From a virus: a stretch of DNA of 64,000 nt. The notes below the pieces were generated by a model that was given only the letters and a program-made list of their open reading frames with translations, was not told where the DNA came from and ran no database searches. The DNA lies in IMG/VR virus record IMGVR_UViG_3300048762_000330, one strand, 5' to 3'. The position numbers and the translations under genes were made by a program. Shown here piece after piece: positions 25,142-34,481 of the stretch. Positions within the stretch are counted from its first letter, which is position 1. Each line of letters opens with the position of its first letter.

Positions 25142-25213
25142 GATGGCTAACTCCATTGTGTTTAGGCTGCATTGCGAAGGTAAGAACTTCACATGCAGCC
25201 GTTTCTATTTATA
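25142..25213 (-). promoter_or_regulatory. HNH element leader
   Basis: TATAAATA-GAAAC-GGCTGCATGTGAAG..CTTCGCAATGCAGCC-TAAACACAATGGAG. Confidence 0.85.
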
Positions 25214-25216
25214 CTC

Positions 25217-26977
25217 TTACTTCAATCCGCCGATTTGAACCAAATTTGGTTTTGGTTTTGCATTCAAGTGAACAATCCCATTCTGATCCACGGTATTTGC
25301 AAAGTGGCCTGCTGTTTCGTTACCTATTCCTTTTAAAGCAAGTCCTGAAATTACACCTTGAGTTCTTGGCACACCAATCTGTTCATGTCTTTGAAAAATA
25401 TTATCGTCGGCATCGCCCGCAGCAACCGGGTACATTTTTCCGGTGGCATCATCTTGGTAAAATTTTGCTTGGGGTTCATGCTTGCCCCTGCGGTACACAG
25501 ATGCAACTACACCGCCATTCTCCAAGTGTTTGACAACTTCTTTATCATTACTTTCATCGTGACCCGAGCCGGTATGAGACAAAGCTAAATGGTAATTCTG
25601 AGGCTGATCTTTGTGGCCTAAGCGCCCGTGCATCTTTGTGTAGTCGTAAAAAGTTGTATTTGGATTCTCAGGATCATTTCCCAAATGCGAGTGAAAAAAT
25701 TCTTTCGGCATCAAATGTTCATACGGTAAGTCGGATGTAACATTCATACGAATACCAGATTTATAGTGAACAGGTTGGCCTGCTTTGTCAAAGACAGGTT
25801 CCGTTTTTGGAGCCATTATAGGTTTGCCAGACTTCCGATCAACTTTTCCGGTGGGTTGCATTGCTGGCTTGCCATCTGGACCCATCATCGGTCTTTGGAC
25901 TTGCGCTTCCGAAGCTCCCTTTTCATTGTCCAGAATTTCTTGATGCATAATTCGAGCAGCTTCTTCCGGGTGTTCGTGCATAAAGTGTGTACGCAGTAAT
26001 TTGGCTCTTGTTGTTGAAAATGGAAAATTGACATTGCCGCCAGCAGTGAGACCTAAACAACCTTTTCTGCATTCAGAAGAAGCATTTGGACACATGTCAT
26101 ATTCTTTTCCGGTTGTTGGGTGCTGATATCCAGAATGCAAACCAGGACTCAAAGAAAGACCAATAGTTTTGTAACCTACACCAGCACTTGAAAGTGTTTT
26201 GTGGTTTACACCAAACATATTAGATCCTTTGGCTGTAGCTGGACTCAACTTACCATGTTGCACAAGATGATTCACAAACATCTTTCTTGCATCTTGATAT
26301 TTCTTTTGCCGAGTAGGTTCATCTTCCTGTGCAACTTTTTGACCTGTTTTTGGATCAACACCAAATGCAGCATGGAAACCTCTTCGCATATACTCAAACG
26401 GGTTTGACATGGCTTGAGCTTCGTAATGCTTGCCTTGGGCATGTAGAATTCCTGCTTGTTGCCCTCTAGCATTCATTCTTGCTCTAGCTTCATTTTTTAT
26501 ACGTTCTATTTCTTGAACACCATGTTGTTTTTTTGGATCGACGGCTCCACTTTTCCGTTGTTGAAGCCATGCAGCCCGTCTTTCTTTGGCTCTGGCTGCG
26601 GGATCGGCTGATACAGGTTGTTTAAGTGCAACCTTTTTTGGCTTCATTGCCGGTTTTGCAACAGCAGCAGGTTCTTCAGTAAGATCAAAGAATCCTTTAT
26701 ATGGTTCTAGTTCTTCATTCACACTTGCTTCGCCATATATTTTATGGGATTGACCGGGCATGTAAGAAGGGTGAATCATCGGAGAAGAAAGATGGTGAAG
26801 GAACCGACCGACTGTGCTGTCCATCGGATCATCTTCTTCTGATTCTTCAGGCTCTTCCGGTTCTTCGTCTTTTTGAACTGGATTGACAGCTTCGATAAGC
26901 TCTGGTTCAAGTTCAAGAATAGCGTCTAGAAAAGTCGTGCCGAAGAATTTTTTATAATCTTCTGTTGTTAAAGCCAT
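25217..26977 (-). CDS. GP88-like protein with long acidic/basic N-terminal extension
   Basis: C-terminal LSLSPG..CPNAS..CRKGCL..AG..RAK...IRMNVTSD..FYDYTK..NYHL..S; ATAAATA-N5-ATG. Confidence 0.55.
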   Translation of the reverse strand: MALTTEDYKKFFGTTFLDAILELEPELIEAVNPVQKDEEPEEPEESEEDDPMDSTVGRFLHHLSSPMIHPSYMPGQSHKIYGEASVNEELEPYKGFFDLTEEPAAVAKPAMKPKKVALKQPVSADPAARAKERRAAWLQQRKSGAVDPKKQHGVQEIERIKNEARARMNARGQQAGILHAQGKHYEAQAMSNPFEYMRRGFHAAFGVDPKTGQKVAQEDEPTRQKKYQDARKMFVNHLVQHGKLSPATAKGSNMFGVNHKTLSSAGVGYKTIGLSLSPGLHSGYQHPTTGKEYDMCPNASSECRKGCLGLTAGGNVNFPFSTTRAKLLRTHFMHEHPEEAARIMHQEILDNEKGASEAQVQRPMMGPDGKPAMQPTGKVDRKSGKPIMAPKTEPVFDKAGQPVHYKSGIRMNVTSDLPYEHLMPKEFFHSHLGNDPENPNTTFYDYTKMHGRLGHKDQPQNYHLALSHTGSGHDESNDKEVVKHLENGGVVASVYRRGKHEPQAKFYQDDATGKMYPVAAGDADDNIFQRHEQIGVPRTQGVISGLALKGIGNETAGHFANTVDQNGIVHLNAKPKPNLVQIGGLK

Positions 26978-26995
26978 GATTGTATTTATGCAAAA

Positions 26996-27769
26996 TCAAT
27001 CCAATCCAAGTGCAGTTAAGTGTTTGCAAGCCTTACGTCTGCCATTTACAGGAGCATGTTTCGTCCAGCCAGGACATGAGCATCCATAAGTTCCATTTGA
27101 AGCATTTCGGGCCACAACATATTTTCTGCCGCTTGATCGAGATGTAACTTCGTGCCTATTTTCCCATTCTTTTGAAGGAGGAAGTTCTTTCAAACCTTTA
27201 AAAACCGCTAAAGCCGATCCTGCTTCAGCAACCATGGTTCGTAGTTCCGCCGCTTCTAGTTCTGCAATCTGTTCTTCTTCAGAGAGTTCTTCTTCTTTAA
27301 CTGTTCGATTTGACTTAACCCATTCGCCGCCGCAGCCTGAACATTTTTTTTCAATTGGCTTTGCTCCTGGTACATGAACAGTTAATTTGGCACTACACTT
27401 TGGGTTTGAACAATGATATTTCGTTGCTTCGTCAAGTTCAAATTCTTCGTTGACGGCAGCGACCGGCTTGCCCTGAAGCATAGCTTTCAATTCAAGTTTG
27501 ATGCGCTTGGCGGTCTCGCCTTTCCATTGGCTGGCATTGGAAAGAAAATAACTGACCACCGACTGAGCGCTATCTTGTCCGTAGTTGTCTTCCATCTTGT
27601 CCAAAGAGTGCATGGCAGTGAGGTAAGGTTTTGCAGCGTAATAAACGGAATGCCAATCCTTGGCAATTTCGCCTGCGATGTCGGAAATGCTTCTGTAGTT
27701 GTGATAATTTTCGTCCAACACACAGCAAATCGCTTCAAAAAGACCTTCATCAATATCGTTAATTTTCAT
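26996..27769 (-). CDS. acidic protein with C-terminal SWIM-type zinc finger
   Basis: YVVAR...GCSCPGW...CKHL; internal C-x4-C...CxxC. Confidence 0.55.
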   Translation of the reverse strand: MKINDIDEGLFEAICCVLDENYHNYRSISDIAGEIAKDWHSVYYAAKPYLTAMHSLDKMEDNYGQDSAQSVVSYFLSNASQWKGETAKRIKLELKAMLQGKPVAAVNEEFELDEATKYHCSNPKCSAKLTVHVPGAKPIEKKCSGCGGEWVKSNRTVKEEELSEEEQIAELEAAELRTMVAEAGSALAVFKGLKELPPSKEWENRHEVTSRSSGRKYVVARNASNGTYGCSCPGWTKHAPVNGRRKACKHLTALGLD

Positions 27770-27776
27770 AAAGTAC

Positions 27777-28571
27777 CTACCTTTGTTTATTTATGTCTCT
27801 TCGGTAATCAATAATTTTGGTTCCTTTGCCGCCCATTCCATTACAATCGTGGCAAAGCGGTTGGATGTTCGAAATCCAATTTGTTCCAAGTTTTTGATTT
27901 GGACAACGGCAGACTTTATAATTTTTACTACACCACTGACAAACTGAAAGTGGGATTATATGATCTTGTTCCATTGCATAAGGTCGCCCTGTCCTTGGAT
28001 TTATAGAAAATTCTGATTTGTGTTTTTTACAGCAAAGACAATGGTTGTCATATTGTTCTTTTAGATCAATCCAGTCTTGTGTGGTGTAATAACCTTCGGC
28101 TTGATTTCGTTTTGCACGAGATTTTTCCAATGCAACTCGGTGGATTTCACGATATCGTTCACAATTGTTTTCTCGCCGCTTTAGATCCCTTTTATGATTT
28201 TGCTCACGGACTTTTTCTGGATTCGCTTTCAGCCACTTTAGATGATTCTCACGATTCTTTTCTGGATTTGCTTGTTGCCATTTTCGAGATTGCTTATTAG
28301 CTTTTTCTGAATTTTGTTGATACCACCGTTGAACCTTCTCTGGATTTGCTTGTTGCCATTTTCGAACAATCTCACGAGCCTTTTCTAGATTAGCTCGACG
28401 CCATTTTCGATTTGCTTTAAGAACTTTTTCTGAATTTTCTTGTTGCCATTTTCGAGCCTGATTAAATGCACAATCAACACAGTGTTTATTGCTTGCATAC
28501 CTTTTCGTTGACCCACACTTCTTGCATGGTTTTCCTTCAAAATATTTGGGTGATAAATTATCTTCAGACAT
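27777..28571 (-). CDS. repeat-HNH element copy 4 (intact)
   Basis: MSEDNLSPKYFEGKPCKKC; EQDHIIPLS..GTNWISNIQPLCHDC; IIDYR + tail. Confidence 0.85.
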   Translation of the reverse strand: MSEDNLSPKYFEGKPCKKCGSTKRYASNKHCVDCAFNQARKWQQENSEKVLKANRKWRRANLEKAREIVRKWQQANPEKVQRWYQQNSEKANKQSRKWQQANPEKNRENHLKWLKANPEKVREQNHKRDLKRRENNCERYREIHRVALEKSRAKRNQAEGYYTTQDWIDLKEQYDNHCLCCKKHKSEFSINPRTGRPYAMEQDHIIPLSVCQWCSKNYKVCRCPNQKLGTNWISNIQPLCHDCNGMGGKGTKIIDYRRDINKQR

Positions 28572-28639
28572 GACGGGCACTCCGTTGTGTTTAGGCTGCT
28601 TGAGAAGGTCACACTTCCCATGCAGCCGTTACTATTTAG
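28572..28639 (-). promoter_or_regulatory. HNH element leader
   Basis: CTAAATA-GTAAC-GGCTGCATGGGAAG..CTTCTCAAGCAGCC-TAAACACAACGGAG. Confidence 0.85.
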
Positions 28640-28692
28640 CATTGCAAAAACTATTGACATCTTTCAGCGTTTGTGATATGCTGAAATCTGCT

Positions 28693-28782
28693 GGATTTAG
28701 CGTTGGTTGTGGTGTGCGAGGAAATCTCGCAACGGCGGTTCTCTAATCGTCTTTCCGCTCTTGAATCACCAGCGCTAAATCC
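28693..28782 (+). ncRNA. candidate small RNA (three-way junction)
   Basis: 15-bp GGATTTAGCGTTGGT/ACCAGCGCTAAATCC stem; GCGAG/CTCGC and GCGG/CCGC arms; TTGACA-17-TATGCT promoter just upstream. Confidence 0.5.
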
Positions 28783-28839
28783 TCTGCGGTATTTATCCTT
28801 CCCTCTCTCAACAAATTCCTATTTCTCTCTTGACAATTT

Positions 28840-28849
28840 AGATGCATCT
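28840..28849. promoter_or_regulatory. palindromic AGATGCATCT operator-like site in promoter spacer
   Basis: between TTGACA and TATCCT; recurs at 40370, 40677, 42663, 52070. Confidence 0.6.
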
Positions 28850-28868
28850 ATGGTATCCTAGAATTGTA

Positions 28869-29276
28869 ATGAAGATCAACGATGCAATGAAACTGCCGGA
28901 AGGCACCAACTATTACGAAGTCTCCGAAGAGGTCTGGTATCAAACCGGCCCGGATGACGCTGATCGAGATTTCGACAATTTTCAAACGTTCGACAATTTT
29001 GCGGAAGCCATCGCTGCCGTTTTGAAATCGAACACCCACAATCGCCTCTACATCGACTTGATGGTGCGTACCAACAAAGATGGTCGGTTTGGCGCATACG
29101 GATTGCCGGTGTGGTCTGGTAGCAGACTCATGATGCTCGATTGCAAGCCAACTGGCTGGCTAGTAAACATGCAGCCTGATTTACCCTCTGGACGCACGGA
29201 ATGTATTACAGAACTTGAAGCGTGTGCATCGGCTATCATTTGGAAGTGGTGGAATGCCAGGAAGCGTAATGGGTAA
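28869..29276 (+). CDS. hypothetical protein
   Basis: ATG just downstream of a sigma70 promoter. Confidence 0.55.
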   Translation: MKINDAMKLPEGTNYYEVSEEVWYQTGPDDADRDFDNFQTFDNFAEAIAAVLKSNTHNRLYIDLMVRTNKDGRFGAYGLPVWSGSRLMMLDCKPTGWLVNMQPDLPSGRTECITELEACASAIIWKWWNARKRNG

Positions 29277-29321
29277 ATATCAAGGGCTAAATATCTTGAT
29301 GAACCGGAAGTAAATGACAAT

Positions 29322-30563
29322 ATGCAGACCTTTACACAATTCATAGCGGAGGAAGGTCATGGATCGCATCAAGATGCGTTGCATATCATTCGTACTTTGA
29401 AGTCTCACGGATATGAGCATTCATACATTGCTGGTGGGGCTGTAAGAGATACGCTCCGTGGGCGGCAAGATCAAATCAAAGACTTTGATGTAGCCACCGA
29501 GTGTCCGATGGAAGTGACGCTCAAATTGTTTCCCGGTAGTCAAAAAGTTGGGGCTGCATTTGGTGTATGTCTGTATCGAGGCATTGAGATTGCTCAATTT
29601 CGTCAGGAACAAGGATCTGTCGATTCAAGACACCCTACAAATGTTACCTTTGTACGAGATCCAAAACAAGATCAACAACGGCGTGATTTCACAATCAATT
29701 CTGCCATGATGGATGACAATGGGAAAGTGTTGGATCACTTTGGAGCAAAGCGGGACATTGAAAAAAAGGTTATCAGATTTGTTGGTAATCCAGATGATCG
29801 TTTGTCCGACGATCTTTTGAGAGCATTAAGAGCTTGCCGTTTCGCCACAAAGCTTGGCTTCGAAATTGAACCCGAGAGTTTGGCCGCAATCAAAAAACAT
29901 GCTCCAAATATTCTTAAAATCTCTGCTGAACGTATTACACAAGAAATAACTAAAAGCTTGGAAGCGAATCCGGGTCGGACATTGGAGCTTTTGCAAGCTA
30001 CCAATTTGCTCAAATATATCCTACCCGAAGTGGACAATTTAAGTCCTAAACAGCACAGCACATTAATGAACATCCTAAACCAATCTCATTCCGAGAGCCA
30101 TATGTTCGCTCTGGCTGCTTTGTTCTCTGAACTGGACCAGAACACCGTCCAACGCATTCTGAAGCGCCAAAGGCTATCTAATGACGAACAAAGCCATATT
30201 CTCGCTGTATTGGGATTGCAGCAACGCATTTCCGCCGTCTCTGAACGCACCAGCATGGATGTAATGAAGCGCCTGATGCGGGAGCCGTTCTTTGCAGATG
30301 CCTTGAAATTGTATGGAATGCGAGTTCGAGCCGGTGACGGTGCTGTGAGCCGCCACCCATTCGATTTTTTGACGAAGCTTTTTGGTCGGATGCGGGCGGA
30401 CGATTTGCACCCCGAGAAATTGATATCGGGCGATGATCTCGTAAAACTTGGTATGAAGCCAGGAAAGCAATTCAAAGACATCTTGGATCGAATTGAAAAT
30501 GCCCAACTTCGTGGTGAAATACATTCCAAAGCACAAGCCTTGGCGATGGTTCATTCAATATGA
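29322..30563 (+). CDS. cca: CCA-adding tRNA nucleotidyltransferase / poly(A) polymerase family
   Basis: AGGAVRD..G...KDFDVAT, RRDFTINS, DD.LRALRA.RFA, ISAERI..E; N-terminus MQTFTQFIAEE. Confidence 0.9.
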   Translation: MQTFTQFIAEEGHGSHQDALHIIRTLKSHGYEHSYIAGGAVRDTLRGRQDQIKDFDVATECPMEVTLKLFPGSQKVGAAFGVCLYRGIEIAQFRQEQGSVDSRHPTNVTFVRDPKQDQQRRDFTINSAMMDDNGKVLDHFGAKRDIEKKVIRFVGNPDDRLSDDLLRALRACRFATKLGFEIEPESLAAIKKHAPNILKISAERITQEITKSLEANPGRTLELLQATNLLKYILPEVDNLSPKQHSTLMNILNQSHSESHMFALAALFSELDQNTVQRILKRQRLSNDEQSHILAVLGLQQRISAVSERTSMDVMKRLMREPFFADALKLYGMRVRAGDGAVSRHPFDFLTKLFGRMRADDLHPEKLISGDDLVKLGMKPGKQFKDILDRIENAQLRGEIHSKAQALAMVHSI

Positions 30564-30802
30564 ACCCGCCAAAAGATTACACCATTCAAGAATTAACTCA
30601 TGATGTTCGTGTTCTCATGGACTATCTTCACGAACGTGGAATTTTGAATCGGTTTTACCCAGGTGTTGATTTCAACGCTATGACAATTCTGACAAAAGAT
30701 GGTGAAATCGACGTAGATGTGTTTGATGGTGTGATCGAAATACCGCCAGAGATTGTCAACAAAATTCGTCGGTTTATTTCTTTGCAAGGGCCGACAAGTT
30801 GA
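30560..30802 (+). CDS. hypothetical protein
   Basis: coupled to cca. Confidence 0.5.
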   Translation: MNPPKDYTIQELTHDVRVLMDYLHERGILNRFYPGVDFNAMTILTKDGEIDVDVFDGVIEIPPEIVNKIRRFISLQGPTS

Positions 30803-31304
30803 CAGAAACACCAGCTTGAAGCACTGGGTTCCATCCAGCACTTGCGCCACCTACAAAAAGCATTCTTTCCGGCGCTACGAATGAGACAACCGGCGTAATT
30901 TGTACAACGGTAGTAAACACAAACGAAGACGAAAAATTAATGTTAGTGCCGCTTGGTTGGGCGGAACTAAAACTAGGTCCGATATCACCGCCAAGCAAAA
31001 ATGTAAAGCGACCTGTAGTCAACAAGCTCTTATGTAAACCTTGTCTAATTCCAGCGGATATTCCCCAAAATGCTTGACCTGTTGCCGTTGTCATTTTCTT
31101 TGTAAAAATATCGGCTGTGGTGGTCATATACACACCACTTTGCCCAACTATCGGATAAAGAGCAGTAAGACCTATAGTAAACTTTGGTGAGCCAAGTTGA
31201 TTATACGATTGTACAGCGGAAACAGATGCCGGAAGTGGAAATGTGGGGAAAGTCTGGCAGAACGCAACACTACAAAACGCAAGTAAAAGTAAAAGGTTTT
31301 TCAT
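30774..31304 (-). CDS. exported beta-rich protein
   Basis: signal/lipoprotein-like N-terminus MKNLLLLLAFCSVAFC. Confidence 0.5.
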   Translation of the reverse strand: MKNLLLLLAFCSVAFCQTFPTFPLPASVSAVQSYNQLGSPKFTIGLTALYPIVGQSGVYMTTTADIFTKKMTTATGQAFWGISAGIRQGLHKSLLTTGRFTFLLGGDIGPSFSSAQPSGTNINFSSSFVFTTVVQITPVVSFVAPERMLFVGGASAGWNPVLQAGVSVNLSALAKK

Positions 31305-31666
31305 ACAAATTATATAGGCATTTTATTGTAACTGCGTCGATCTTCACATGCCGATAAGAAGAGTGGCGTAAACACATGCTTGAATTGTGTTTGAAAACAT
31401 ACTTTCGACAAAACCTTTACAGTCACAATTAGGCATAGTACATCGGGATGGTAAGAATTGATCTTCCAATTTTCCACCATTGCCGGCAAAGGTAACATGC
31501 AAAATAGAATGATGACCACATTGACATTTCATAATGTAAAGGCGTACCCGGTTCAACGCCGGGTACGCCGCTGCATTTCCCGTGCAAAAGGAGAGAGACG
31601 GGAAGCTGATCCTATTAAACCACAATTTTAGATTTTGTCAAGCCTATATAAACGCAGGGATGATTT

Positions 31667-31960
31667 ATGGTGCAATTAACAGGAAAAAACTTTGACGCAG
31701 AAGTCTTGCAAAACCAACCATTGCCGGTTCTTTTACTTTGGGGTGCCTGGATGGATGTCAATACAACCAAAATTCGGTTACAAATGATGAAGCTAGATGA
31801 AACAAAAGTGAAATTAGCACAGGCTTATATTGATGATGTGCCGGATCTGGCGATGAAATTCAGTATTAGAAACTGTCCCTATGTTATTTTAATAGTCGAT
31901 GGTATGGTAGTGGCTGAAGGCACAAACCTGACATCCGAAATTCTTCAAAAAATTCAATAG
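31667..31960 (+). CDS. thioredoxin-fold protein lacking CxxC
   Basis: LTGKNFDAEVL...PVLLLWGAW...DDVPDLAMKFSIR.CP. Confidence 0.65.
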   Translation: MVQLTGKNFDAEVLQNQPLPVLLLWGAWMDVNTTKIRLQMMKLDETKVKLAQAYIDDVPDLAMKFSIRNCPYVILIVDGMVVAEGTNLTSEILQKIQ

Positions 31961-31967
31961 GTACATC

Positions 31968-32762
31968 ATGTTTGACAAAATCTATAAGTTTAGCAAATTA
32001 GCAGCAGTGCTTTGTGTGATTCCAATCACATTTTATCTTTGTGTTTTTCTCCATTCTCTGACTGCTACTACGAACCAACTTGCTATAACGGCAAAAGTAT
32101 TACCCACACAAGTAGATGGTCGTATCGGAAAATTGCAGAAAGATGTATTAGACAAAATCGACACTGTTCAAGGGAGCTTGAACACAGAGGTCAACACATT
32201 GGCGCATCTTATTGATACTCGAATGGACAAGTTCACAACGACAACTGATAACCGGCTTGGCGCACTCGAAACGGATACATTCAAAGCTGTTGGTGACATT
32301 CGAGAAACTGCCAATACACAGTTGACTACAGCGAACAATTCTGTAACCACATTGGTTACTGCTTATGCTGAAATTCCAAAGGTTGTTGGCGCAAGATATG
32401 AAAGAGATTTTAATTCATATTTTGATTGTAAAATCAATAAATTATGTTTAACAGGGCAGGCAAGTGATATGTTATTTGCAATGCGGCAAACAAGCCGACA
32501 AATTGAGAAAGCTTCAGATGACTTTGATGCCGCATTACCAATAATTTTAACCAATGTAAAATTAATTACAACTAAGTTTCAAGACACGGAAGATCAATCT
32601 CAATCACTCATGCGTGAAAGTGCCGGGATGATGGCTAATATGCGGAAGGCCACAACGCCGCTTCCAACTTGGTTAAGAATTGTACTTGGTGTAGGACCGC
32701 CAGTTGCTCAAGGCGGTGCAGCAGTGGTAGCTGCCGGGTCGGTGTTAGGATGGTTTAAGTGA
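31968..32762 (+). CDS. membrane-anchored coiled-coil protein
   Basis: N- and C-terminal hydrophobic segments flanking long heptad helices. Confidence 0.55.
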   Translation: MFDKIYKFSKLAAVLCVIPITFYLCVFLHSLTATTNQLAITAKVLPTQVDGRIGKLQKDVLDKIDTVQGSLNTEVNTLAHLIDTRMDKFTTTTDNRLGALETDTFKAVGDIRETANTQLTTANNSVTTLVTAYAEIPKVVGARYERDFNSYFDCKINKLCLTGQASDMLFAMRQTSRQIEKASDDFDAALPIILTNVKLITTKFQDTEDQSQSLMRESAGMMANMRKATTPLPTWLRIVLGVGPPVAQGGAAVVAAGSVLGWFK

Positions 32763-33721
32763 TTTGTTATTTCCTGGCAAATTTGAATGAAATAATTTTG
32801 CGAATAATTATATTTCATAAGTTGAATATCTTTATGCACCCATTGAATATTTCCAGGTATGTAGCCCTTTGTTGAGTCAATACGGTCTAATGACGCCGTT
32901 CCCCAAGATCTACCTCCATGTGTTGATTGTCTTTGCTGTATAGAAAGTCCAGTTAAAGCGCAACATTCATTTTGTTTTTCAAATAATTCCCACCCTTCTT
33001 TGATAGTTACTTCAAATTTCAATTCTCGTTTTTTTGCACCATTTTTTAAACTACTCCAGTAGCGTCTGCTTAAATTTTTATAACCACGCCAAGAATGAGA
33101 TCGATTCTTAAAAGTAGTGGTTTCAACATTTTGATGTATCAATGCTTTATATGATGAAACTTTTTCGCATAACGCAAAAAACTTTTCTTCTGATAACGCC
33201 CATTTCATTCTTTGAATATCTTTATGTATCCATTGAATATTTCCTTTTGTATACCCTTGTGAAGAATCTATCCGATCAAGAGAAGCATTTCCACATCTTT
33301 TTTTATGTATTGTAAAAGGAAGTGTTAATTCTCTTCCAGTCAATGCACATTGTTTATTTTGTTGGGTAAAAATATTCCAGGCATCTTGAATCGTAATTAA
33401 AAATGAAAATTTTCGAAGTTGTGCTTTGCGTCGAACCCCATACCAATATGCTCCTGATAAATCCATATATCCTTTCCACCCATTATTATTTTTCCCGCAA
33501 ACGCTGTGGCGATAACACTGCGGACATCCAGATTTCAATCTGCTATAAATTTTAGCTTTCCATTCGTGTTTACAAATTGAACAAGACCACCAAACAATTT
33601 TATTACTTTGTGTTGTGAATTGATTTGGTGTGTTTGGTGTATTTCGTGAAGGATGCCATTCTTCTGCAATTTTTGGAAAGGCAATATTTAAAAATTGGTG
33701 TTTGTAAATAGAAACAGACAT
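32708..33721 (-). CDS. putative homing endonuclease (zinc ribbon + two tandem His-Me-like domains)
   Basis: EEWHPSRN...VWWSCSICKHEW...CPQC, then 2x CALTG...ASLDRIDS..GY..GNIQW.HKD. Confidence 0.7.
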   Translation of the reverse strand: MSVSIYKHQFLNIAFPKIAEEWHPSRNTPNTPNQFTTQSNKIVWWSCSICKHEWKAKIYSRLKSGCPQCYRHSVCGKNNNGWKGYMDLSGAYWYGVRRKAQLRKFSFLITIQDAWNIFTQQNKQCALTGRELTLPFTIHKKRCGNASLDRIDSSQGYTKGNIQWIHKDIQRMKWALSEEKFFALCEKVSSYKALIHQNVETTTFKNRSHSWRGYKNLSRRYWSSLKNGAKKRELKFEVTIKEGWELFEKQNECCALTGLSIQQRQSTHGGRSWGTASLDRIDSTKGYIPGNIQWVHKDIQLMKYNYSQNYFIQICQEITNHLNHPNTDPAATTAAPP

Positions 33722-33799
33722 TGGGCGCTACCTCCTAAGTAGCGACATGTTCAGGGCAGATGTGATGCTAAAACATTACTTCTGCCCGATTCTATTTAT
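33722..33799 (-). promoter_or_regulatory. late promoter + 5' hairpin + RBS-sequestering hairpin
   Basis: ATAAATA-GAATC-GGGCAGA...TCTGCCC-TGAACAT-GTCGCTAC TTAGGAG GTAGCG..ATG. Confidence 0.7.
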
Positions 33800-33827
33800 A
33801 CTTGACAAATGTAATTTATATGCTCTA

Positions 33828-34402
33828 ATGAATAGTATGCAATTTATTGACGAACATAAAAATCACCCTCCATTACAATTTTATAAAATTATACCAGAAG
33901 CCTTTGCTCCCGTATGGGCTACTAAACATGCTGGATGTTTTGACATCAAAGCATGTCTCATACCAGGACAAAAGATTAAAGGCTATACAGAATTTAACGA
34001 CAAAATTGAGTTAACCGTTAAACTCGGCTCTGATATGATTAATACATCAATTGAGGAAGCAAATTATTATGGAATCATGATTACACCAAATGAAAGAATT
34101 TTAGTACCTACTGGATTAATTTTGGACATTCCGGTGGGGTATAAAGTCAATCTATTTGCTCGTTCCGGTATTTCTCTCAAACAGGGACTTTCGTTAGCAA
34201 ATGGTGTCGGAAAAATTGATTCTGATTATATAGATCCAACTTTTATTTTAATTGTTAACAATAGCAAAAACATTCAAACTATTTTTCATGGTCAAAGAAT
34301 TGCACAATGTCAGACATTTCATACGAAGTGTTAGAGACACCAGATCGACCGCAACAAAAGACTGACCGAATTGGAGGTTTTGGGTCAACTGATAAAAAAT
34401 GA
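33828..34402 (+). pseudogene. dut: dUTPase, frameshifted near 34313
   Basis: AGCFDIKA, ILVPTG, ARSG, GVGKIDSDY, RIAQ; motif V (DRIGGFGST) lies in another frame ending at TGA 34402. Confidence 0.8.
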
Positions 34403-34481
34403 TTTATAAATAAAATTGGAAGCGCTCAACAATGAGGTTTCCGAAAAGCAATTTCTTGCTTTACATTAAAGGAGAAACTAT

